A stretch of 43,588 nucleotides of DNA from Acidobacteriota bacterium (GTDB lineage: Bacteria; Acidobacteriota; Terriglobia; JAJPHL01; JAPKYU01), in NCBI GenBank assembly GCA_026394175.1, contig JAPKYU010000480.1, forward strand, positions 1-43,588, written 5' to 3'. The notes beneath the pieces are model-generated. The model did not search any database and was not told where the DNA came from. It saw only the letters and a list, made by a program, of their open reading frames with translations. Below, in pieces: positions 37,423-43,588 of this stretch. Position 1 is the stretch's first letter; each line of letters begins with the position of its first letter. Made by a program: the position numbers and the translations under genes.

Positions 37423-39009
37423 ATGGACACGCTGTTCAGCCGCTATCGCAACGCCGTGGTGCTGGTGGCGGCCCTGTTCCTGCAACTGGTCCTGCTGGCC
37501 TTCCAGATCAAGCGCGACAAGGATGTTCCGCTGCTCCGCATCTGGGCCGTCGGTGCCATCACGCCCCTGGAAAAGCTGGTGAGCAGCGGCGTCCGCGGCG
37601 TCTACGGGGTGTGGCACGACTATGCCGACCTGCGCCAGGCGCGGCAGGAAAGCCAGGGGCTCTTGGAAGAGGTCAGCCGGCTCAAGCTGGAGCGGCACCG
37701 GTTGCTGGAAGAGGCGGCCGAAGCGCGCCGGCTGCGCGCCCTGGTGCAGTTCCGCGACCTGACGCCCTCGGTCACCGTGGCCGCCCGCGTCATCGGATCC
37801 AGCGCCTCGGAAACGTCCCGCGTGCTGTTTCTCGACAAGGGCAGCGAGTCCGGCATCCGGCCGAACATGGCGGTGATTACCCCGGATGGCATCGTCGGCA
37901 AGGTCCACCGTGTCTTCCGCGGCACGGCGCAGGTGCTGGTGATCACCGACCCGGACAGCGGCCTGGGCGCGGAGTTGGGCGCGCTGCTGCAGTCTTCCCG
38001 CGTGCATGGCGCATTGCGCGGCTATGGCGGCTTCTTCTGCCAGCTCCGCTACATCGCCAACGACGAAAAAGTGGAACCCGGCGATCTGGTAGTTACTTCC
38101 GGCGAGGACCGCATCTATCCCAGGGGTCTGCCCATCGGCGTCGTCACCTCCGCCAAGAACGGGCCGGTGTTCAAGGAAATCATGGTGCAGCCGTTGGCCC
38201 GGCTCAACCGGCTGGAGGAAGTGCTGGTGGTAACGCGCGGCGCGGACCAGGAGATTCCGGCCAGGCCCGAGCCTGCGCCGGCGGTTGCCGAAACCACGCC
38301 GGCTGAACCCCCGCGGGCGCCCCCCGCTTCCGCTGCGCCGGGGACCGGCGCAAAGCCGGCAGCCGACGCTGCGGCCAAGCCCAAGGCGGTTCCTGGACTG
38401 GCGGGCTCCCGCACCAAGCCCGAAACCGACGCCGATCGGCTACAGGATGCGTATCGGGCCGTGCAGGCCCAGAAGAGCGAGGCGCAGCGGGCGCTGGGCG
38501 GGTTGATGCTGCCGGCGACGGGCGGCGGAGTCACGGACATGGCACGCCAGCCGCCTGCGACCGCGGCCGCGCCCGCGGCCCGCAAGCCGCCGGCGACCAG
38601 TGCCGCCCCCGGGAGCGCGGGCGTGCCGCCCGCTCAGGGGCCGCCCGCCGGCAGTAATGTAGGGGCGCCGCTCGCTGCGCCCCGCAAACCTCCTCCAACC
38701 ACCGGGGGTACAGCAAGCAGCGCCCCTGCCGTCCAGCCGCCATCGCCGCCGCGCAAGGCGCCTCCGACATCGGCAGCTCCGGCAGGGAACGCCGGCCCAG
38801 GCCAACCGCAATCCGCACCGCGCAAGGCGCAACCGAAACCGCCGCCGTCCACCACCGGCCAGTCCCCTGAAGGAGCGAAACCCCAACAGCCGACGCAACA
38901 GAAGCCGCCAGAACAGCCGCCATCGGATTCACCGTCTCCGTTGGCTTGGCTGTCTCCGCACTCCGCATTCCGCATTCCGCACTTCTTCGGACGCCAGGAG
39001 GACCGCTGA
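37423..39009 (+). CDS. mreC: rod shape-determining protein MreC with a long Pro/Ala-rich C-terminal tail
   Basis: Assigned by position between mreB and mreD, an N-terminal TM plus coiled coil (LLEEVSRLKLERHRLLEEA), and a beta-barrel region (ITPDGIVGKV, LVVTSGEDRIYPRGLPIGVV). About 250 aa of P/A-rich low complexity follow. Confidence 0.85.
   Translation: MDTLFSRYRNAVVLVAALFLQLVLLAFQIKRDKDVPLLRIWAVGAITPLEKLVSSGVRGVYGVWHDYADLRQARQESQGLLEEVSRLKLERHRLLEEAAEARRLRALVQFRDLTPSVTVAARVIGSSASETSRVLFLDKGSESGIRPNMAVITPDGIVGKVHRVFRGTAQVLVITDPDSGLGAELGALLQSSRVHGALRGYGGFFCQLRYIANDEKVEPGDLVVTSGEDRIYPRGLPIGVVTSAKNGPVFKEIMVQPLARLNRLEEVLVVTRGADQEIPARPEPAPAVAETTPAEPPRAPPASAAPGTGAKPAADAAAKPKAVPGLAGSRTKPETDADRLQDAYRAVQAQKSEAQRALGGLMLPATGGGVTDMARQPPATAAAPAARKPPATSAAPGSAGVPPAQGPPAGSNVGAPLAAPRKPPPTTGGTASSAPAVQPPSPPRKAPPTSAAPAGNAGPGQPQSAPRKAQPKPPPSTTGQSPEGAKPQQPTQQKPPEQPPSDSPSPLAWLSPHSAFRIPHFFGRQEDR
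38954..38981. repeat. tandem TCCGCAY heptamer array inside the mreC 3' end
   Basis: TCCGCAC TCCGCAT TCCGCAT TCCGCAC. No complementary arm was seen nearby. It is translated as ...SPHSAFRIPHF. Confidence 0.6.
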
Positions 39010-39010
39010 C

Positions 39011-39535
39011 GTGAAAGTCGCTGTCCGGATGCGGTCCAATTTGCGGGTTGAGGTGCACCGCTTCAATCCGCTGCTGGCCATCTTCGCTTCCCTGTTCGCC
39101 ATCCTGATTCAGGGCTACCTGCCGATGTGGTTCCCGACAACAGCGGCGCTGGACCTGCCGCTGCTGGTGACCCTGTACTTTGCGCTGAGCCGGCGCAGCC
39201 AGATCGCCGGTCTGCTGATCGGCGCGGTGATCGGCCTGGCCCAGGACAGCCTGAGTCACGGGCCCATCGGCATGTTCGGCATGACCAAGACCATCGTGGG
39301 ATATGCGGCCTCATCGCTGGGCGTTCGCATCGACACCGAGCACCCGGGCGTGCGCCTGCTGGCCGTCTTCGGTTTTTACTACATGCACCTGGTGGTCTTC
39401 CTCGGGCTGCAGCGCGTGCTGCTGGAGAAGGCCATGCTGATGCCCGGCCCGCGCAGCCTGGCGGTGGCCATGGTGCATGCCATCCTGGCCGTCGTGCTGT
39501 TCCAGTTCCTCGACCGCTTCCGCAAAGACTACTGA
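39011..39535 (+). CDS. mreD: rod shape-determining protein MreD
   Basis: Small polytopic membrane protein immediately after mreC. GTG 39011 lies 1 nt after the mreC stop. The start is uncertain. Confidence 0.75.
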   Translation: MKVAVRMRSNLRVEVHRFNPLLAIFASLFAILIQGYLPMWFPTTAALDLPLLVTLYFALSRRSQIAGLLIGAVIGLAQDSLSHGPIGMFGMTKTIVGYAASSLGVRIDTEHPGVRLLAVFGFYYMHLVVFLGLQRVLLEKAMLMPGPRSLAVAMVHAILAVVLFQFLDRFRKDY

Positions 39536-39550
39536 CCGCGCCCTAACTCA

Positions 39551-39620
39551 CCACAAAGGCGCCTGGACACAAAGCTTCGTGCCCTTTTCTTTGCGACGTT
39601 GTGGCTTCGTGCCTTTGTGT
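39551..39620. repeat. degenerate periodic palindrome, CACAAAG/CTTCGTG family
   Basis: CACAAAGGC (39552-39560) pairs with GCCTTTGTG (39611-39619). There is an internal direct repeat GCTTCGTGCC x2 (39574-39583, 39604-39613). Confidence 0.5.
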
Positions 39621-39690
39621 TGAAGCGCTGGCGGCCGGGCTATTCTGTCTCTCTGTGGCTGATCCCCCTCCAGGACTCCCGATAGCAGCG

Positions 39691-39699
39691 TGATAGAAT
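39691..39699 (+). promoter_or_regulatory. extended -10 promoter candidate giving a leaderless ABC transporter mRNA
   Basis: TGATAGAAT has the form TGnTAnAAT. Its last T (39699) is 7 nt before the A of ATG 39706, and no SD is present. Confidence 0.4.
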
Positions 39700-39705
39700 T
39701 TCTTC

Positions 39706-40644
39706 ATGTCCGTTGCGGTGCGCTGTGCAGGGCTCCACAAGCGCTACGACAACAAGGTGGACGCGGTTCGCGGCCTGGATCTGGAGGTCGAACAGGGCGA
39801 GTGTTTCGGCCTGCTGGGGCCCAACGGCGCCGGGAAAACCACCACCATCGAGATCATCGAGGGCTTGCTGTCCGCCACGGCGGGCGAGGTCGAGGTCTTC
39901 GGCAAGCGCTGGGGCCGCGACGACGACGAGCTGCGCGAGTTGCTCGGCATCTGCCTGCAGGAAACCCGGCTGTCCGAAAAACTCAAGGTACGGGAAACGC
40001 TGGAGCTGTTCGCCAGTTTTTACCGCCGCCCCGCCGACCCGGCCCGCGTCATGCGGGAGGTGGAGCTGACCGAGAAGGCCGAAGCCTGGGTGGGCAAGCT
40101 GTCGGGCGGGCAAAGGCAGCGGCTGGCGGTGGCCTGCTCGCTGGTGGGCGACCCGCGCCTGCTCTTCCTGGACGAGCCCACCACGGGGCTGGACCCCCAG
40201 TCGCGCCGCCAGCTCTGGGACATCGTTCGCAAGTTCAAGCGCCAGGGCGGGACCGTGCTGCTCACCACCCATTACATGGACGAGGCCGAGCGGCTCTGCG
40301 ACCGCGTGGCCATCATCGACCACGGCAGGATCATCGCGCTGGGCACGCCGCGGGAACTGATCCACTCCTTGGGCGCCGAACACATCGTGGAATTCACGCT
40401 GGCCGACCCGGCTGCCTTTCCCGACCTGGGGGGCGACGGCCTGGCTGCCGTCCCCACGGTGCTCTCGGTGCGCCAGGAAGACGGCCTGTACGCGCTCACC
40501 GTCGGCGAGCCGCACCGCGCGCTCCCGGCCCTGTTCGACTGGCTGGAAGGGCGCGGCATCGAGCTGGCCCGCTTGAGCACCCGCCATGCCAGCCTCGAAG
40601 ACGTGTTCGTGAAGCTGACCGGAAGGCACCTGCGGGATGAATAG
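39706..40644 (+). CDS. ABC transporter ATP-binding protein (ABC-2/DrrA-like)
   Basis: Walker A is GLLGPNGAGKTT, the signature is LSGGQRQRL, and Walker B is LLFLDEPTTGLD. Confidence 0.92.
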   Translation: MSVAVRCAGLHKRYDNKVDAVRGLDLEVEQGECFGLLGPNGAGKTTTIEIIEGLLSATAGEVEVFGKRWGRDDDELRELLGICLQETRLSEKLKVRETLELFASFYRRPADPARVMREVELTEKAEAWVGKLSGGQRQRLAVACSLVGDPRLLFLDEPTTGLDPQSRRQLWDIVRKFKRQGGTVLLTTHYMDEAERLCDRVAIIDHGRIIALGTPRELIHSLGAEHIVEFTLADPAAFPDLGGDGLAAVPTVLSVRQEDGLYALTVGEPHRALPALFDWLEGRGIELARLSTRHASLEDVFVKLTGRHLRDE

Positions 40645-40730
40645 GCTGTGGGCTGTAGGCTGTAGGCTGTGGGGGATGCGCTATACGCGTCAGTGCCTTT
40701 CCCACAGCCCACGGCCTACAGCCTACAGCC
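40643..40730. repeat. periodic palindrome, GGCTGTR / YACAGCC 7-mer family
   Basis: AGGCTGTGGGCTGTAGGCTGTAGGCTGTGGG (40643-40673) opposes CCCACAGCCCACGGCCTACAGCCTACAGCC (40701-40730). The arms differ only by transitions. It begins in the TAG stop of the ATPase gene. Confidence 0.85.
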
Positions 40731-40739
40731 GGTGTAAGC

Positions 40740-41777
40740 ATGATTAACTGGCGCGCCTATTCGCAATTACTGCTGGCCCGCAGCCGTGAGCTGTCGCGCG
40801 AGCCCGAGGTCGTGTTCTGGGTGTTCTTCTTTCCCGTGCTGCTGGCGGTGGCCCTGGGCATTGCCTTCCGCAACAAGCCGCCGGACAAGGTAGATGTGGC
40901 GGTGGTCGAGCACCCCAACGCCGCGCGGGTGGTCAGGGCCCTGAACGCCGCCCCGCCGCTGGCCGCCGAGGTGATCGGCACGGAAGACGCGGCCCGGCAG
41001 TTCCGGCTGGGGAAGGTGGCCCTGGTCGTCTACCCCGGGCAGGTTTACAGCTACCGCTACGACCCCAACCGCCCCGACAGCATGCTGGCGCTGTCGCTGG
41101 CCGACGCCGCGCTGCAAAAAGCGGCGGGGCGCGCCGATCCCATCCGCATCCACGAGCAGGCGGTGACCGAGCCGGGCGCACGGTACATCGATTTCCTGAT
41201 CCCCGGCCTGCTGGGCCTGAACCTGATGAGCGGCGGCATGTGGGGCATGGGATTCGCGCTGGTGGACATGCGCGTCAAGAAGCTGCTCAAGCGCCTGGTG
41301 GCCACCCCCATGCGCCGCAGCGATTTCCTGCTGGCCCTGGTCTCCAGCCGGCTGATCCTGATGCTGGTGGAGGTAATCCTGCTGCTGCTGGTCGGCCGCC
41401 TGATCTTCAAAATGGTGATTCAGGGCAGCCTGGGCAGCATCATCGTGGTGAGCGCGGCGGGCTCGCTTTCCTTCGCCGGCATCGGCCTGCTGTGCGCCAG
41501 CCGCGCCCAGAAGATCGAGACCATCTCCGGCCTGATGAACCTGGTGATGCTGCCGATGTTCGTCTTGTCCGGCATCTTTTTTTCGGCCGACCGCTTCCCG
41601 GCCGCCATGCAGCCCTTCATCCGCATCCTGCCGCTGACCGCCTTGAACGACGCCTTGCGCTCGGTGATCCTGGAAGGCGCCAGCCTGGAAGCCCAGGCGC
41701 TGCGCTTGCTGATATTGACCACCTGGGGGGCGGTTTCGTTCTTGTTGGCCCTGCGCCTGTTCCGGTGGGTGAATTGA
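40740..41777 (+). CDS. ABC-2 type transporter permease
   Basis: 345 aa with about 6 TM segments, directly downstream of the ATPase gene. Confidence 0.85.
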   Translation: MINWRAYSQLLLARSRELSREPEVVFWVFFFPVLLAVALGIAFRNKPPDKVDVAVVEHPNAARVVRALNAAPPLAAEVIGTEDAARQFRLGKVALVVYPGQVYSYRYDPNRPDSMLALSLADAALQKAAGRADPIRIHEQAVTEPGARYIDFLIPGLLGLNLMSGGMWGMGFALVDMRVKKLLKRLVATPMRRSDFLLALVSSRLILMLVEVILLLLVGRLIFKMVIQGSLGSIIVVSAAGSLSFAGIGLLCASRAQKIETISGLMNLVMLPMFVLSGIFFSADRFPAAMQPFIRILPLTALNDALRSVILEGASLEAQALRLLILTTWGAVSFLLALRLFRWVN

Positions 41778-41813
41778 AGAGGGAATTCAGTGGACAAGCC
41801 AGGTTGCGTTCCC

Positions 41814-41843
41814 TTGTACACAACCGACTACTTTCCCTATAAG
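41814..41843 (+). promoter_or_regulatory. sigma70-like promoter candidate for the RHH-ParE operon
   Basis: TTGTAC (41814-41819), an 18-nt spacer, then TATAAG (41838-41843). AGGAG at 41852-41856 precedes GTG 41863. Confidence 0.35.
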
Positions 41844-41862
41844 ATGTATTCAGGAGAAGAGA

Positions 41863-42111
41863 GTGGGTGAATCTTCGGTTCTCAGCTTGCGCCTGGATCC
41901 CGGGCTGAAGCGGCAACTGGACAAGCTGGCACAGGCGACGCGCCGCAGCCGCTCGTACCTGGCGGCCGAGGCCATTCGTGAATATGTCGCCTTGAATGCC
42001 TGGCAGGTGGAGGAGATTAAGAGAGCCGTCGCTGAGGCGGACCGCGGCGAGTTCGCCAGCGAGCGGGAAGTCCGGCGCACGATGAAGAAATGGGTGGGCA
42101 GTGCAAGTTAG
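41863..42111 (+). CDS. ribbon-helix-helix (CopG/ParD-like) antitoxin
   Basis: VLSLRLDPGLKRQLDKLAQATRRSRSYLAAEAIREYV is an RHH motif. It overlaps the downstream toxin gene by 11 nt. Confidence 0.75.
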   Translation: MGESSVLSLRLDPGLKRQLDKLAQATRRSRSYLAAEAIREYVALNAWQVEEIKRAVAEADRGEFASEREVRRTMKKWVGSAS

Positions 42112-42385
42112 ATGGCTGCGACGGGCGCTCGCCAACCTGGACAGCGAGGCCGAGTACATCGCCCGTCACAACCCGCAAGCGGCTGCAAGGATAGTCATGG
42201 CCATACAAGAAGCGGTCGCGCGGCTGGCCGAATATCCCGCGATGGGCCGGTCGGGCCGCGTTCCCGGCACACGCGAACTGGTCGTACTGGGCACACCCTA
42301 CATCATTCCTTATCGTGTGTGGGGCGACCGCGTCGAGCTCCTGCGCGTCTTTCACGCGGCTCGCAAGTGGCCGCCCAAGCTCTGA
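42101..42385 (+). CDS. parE: RelE/ParE-family toxin
   Basis: 94 aa. ALANLDSEAEYIARHNPQAAARIV...YIIPYRVWGDRVELLRVFHAARKWP is a typical ParE pattern. Confidence 0.8.
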   Translation: MQVRWLRRALANLDSEAEYIARHNPQAAARIVMAIQEAVARLAEYPAMGRSGRVPGTRELVVLGTPYIIPYRVWGDRVELLRVFHAARKWPPKL

Positions 42386-42509
42386 GAGGAGGGTCCGCCA
42401 TGCTCACGGCGATCCGAAAAAGCTATGACGGCTTCAACGCCACTTCCAGGCCGAGGATGGGGTTTGACCCGCCACCCGATCTCAATCCGTCAATGCCCGC
42501 AGGTTTCCT

Positions 42510-43588
42510 ATGAAACGGCGTGAATTTGTGGCCAGCATCGCGACCGCGGCGGGACTCGGTCGGAAAGCAGCAGACGCCATGCAACAGACAAAGCCCGGCG
42601 GGTCGATCACCGATGTCGAGGGCATCAAGGTCGGCCACTTTACCGAAACCCGGCGTCCGACCGGCTGCACCGTGGTGCTGACCGAGGAAGGCGCGGTGGC
42701 CGGGGTCGATGTGCGTGGCGGAGCGCCCGGCACACGGGAAACCGACCTGCTCAGCCCCGTCAACACCGTCTCGCAGGTCAACGCTATCCTGCTGTCCGGC
42801 GGCAGCGCCTTCGGACTGGCGGCGGCCGATGGCGTCATGCGCTACCTGGAAGAGAAAGGCTTCGGCTACCAGGCGGGGAGCGTTCGCGTGCCGATTGTGC
42901 CGGCGGCCATTCTGTTCGACTTGCAGATCGGCGACAGCGCCATCCGGCCCACGGCGGAATCCGGCTACAAGGCCTGCCAGGCGGCGCGCGGCGGCCCAGA
43001 CGCCCGCATCGCGCAGGGCAGCGTCGGCGCCGGCGCCGGCGCCACTGTGGGCAAGCTGCGGGGCCGCGAGCGCGCCATGAAAGGCGGCATCGGCATGGCG
43101 TCGTTCCGCCTGCCCGACGGGCTGGTGGTGGCCGCGCTGGTGGCTGTCAACGCCGTGGGCGACGTCTGGGACCCGGCCACCGGCGTGATTCTGGCCGGCG
43201 CCCGCACTTCCGATGGCAAGAAGCCGGCCGACATCATGCGGATCATCCGCGAAGGCCGCTTGCCGCCGCTCGCGGCCGGCGACCGCCGCGGAAACTCGAC
43301 GATTGGCGTGGTGGCCACCAACGCGGCGTTGAACAAGACCGAGGCCACCAAGGTGGCGCAAATGGCGCACGACGGACTGGCCCGCTCCATCCGGCCCGTG
43401 CATACCCCATCCGATGGCGACACGCTGTTTGCCGTGGCCACCGGGCGGTGGAAGTCCGAGGCGGGCCGCACGCAGCTTGGCGCGCCGCTCGTTCTTACGG
43501 TGATCGGGGCGCTGGCCGCCGAGGCCACGGCGGCAGCCGTGATCTCGGCCGTTTTGCACGCCACCGGCATCCCCGGCTATCCCGCCTG
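42510..43588 (+). CDS. peptidase S58 / DmpA (P1) family aminopeptidase, 3'-partial at window end
   Basis: Not in the ORF track because no stop is reached. My hand translation from ATG 42510 gives MKRREFVASIATAAGLG (Tat-like RREF), then ITDVEGIKVGHFTE...TGCTVVL...AGVDVRGGAPGTRETDLL...AILLSGGSAFGLAAADGVMRYLEE, and the frame stays open to 43588. Confidence 0.85.
   Translation, partial: MKRREFVASIATAAGLGRKAADAMQQTKPGGSITDVEGIKVGHFTETRRPTGCTVVLTEEGAVAGVDVRGGAPGTRETDLLSPVNTVSQVNAILLSGGSAFGLAAADGVMRYLEEKGFGYQAGSVRVPIVPAAILFDLQIGDSAIRPTAESGYKACQAARGGPDARIAQGSVGAGAGATVGKLRGRERAMKGGIGMASFRLPDGLVVAALVAVNAVGDVWDPATGVILAGARTSDGKKPADIMRIIREGRLPPLAAGDRRGNSTIGVVATNAALNKTEATKVAQMAHDGLARSIRPVHTPSDGDTLFAVATGRWKSEAGRTQLGAPLVLTVIGALAAEATAAAVISAVLHATGIPGYPA

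Noticed and set aside
8828-40730. Whether the repeated short units could be CRISPR arrays.
   Set aside because: The units are 7-8 nt and directly abutting, with no ~30-nt unique spacers. Each locus is a single hairpin with a complementary arm, and there are no cas genes.

Overview
This is a high-GC bacterial chromosomal segment. Gene content and repeat style look Acidobacteriota-like, but the taxon is inference only. Core genes are uvrA, thrB-thrC, gcvT-gcvH-gcvPA-gcvPB, cmk, mutL, mreBCD, a SurA-like PPIase, chrA, a cation/proton antiporter, an ABC-2 exporter pair, TPR and secreted proteins, and a peptidase S58/DmpA gene that runs off the 3' end. Two accessory segments interrupt the core. 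Segment (i), about 430-5700, holds a truncated cNMP-binding-like ORF, a DUF3326 gene and a B12-domain radical SAM gene with a CX4CX2C cluster motif. It also holds a coding-looking Cys-rich ORF without a usable start and an AbiEi/AbiEii module with an operator-like inverted repeat. Segment (ii), about 21700-27500, is a decaying defence island. It contains an SNF2/DUF3883 helicase with a single in-frame TAG, an intact ABC-ATPase fused to a DUF4435/Toprim-like domain (single-chain PARIS/AriAB-like), and a roughly 58-codon stump of a DUF1156 methyltransferase. Other toxin-antitoxin loci are an orphan hicB and an RHH-ParE pair. The most striking unexplained structure is a set of at least 13 intergenic hairpins. 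Each is built from tandem 7-8 nt units followed by the complementary units, and they fall into several unrelated sequence families. They fill almost every short spacer between co-directional core genes, including spacers inside operons. They often supply the upstream stop codon and abut the downstream start codon. By eye they are absent from both accessory segments. I found no rRNA, tRNA, CRISPR array, transposase or integrase. Many long ORFs in the track are antisense shadows of real genes, as expected at this GC content.
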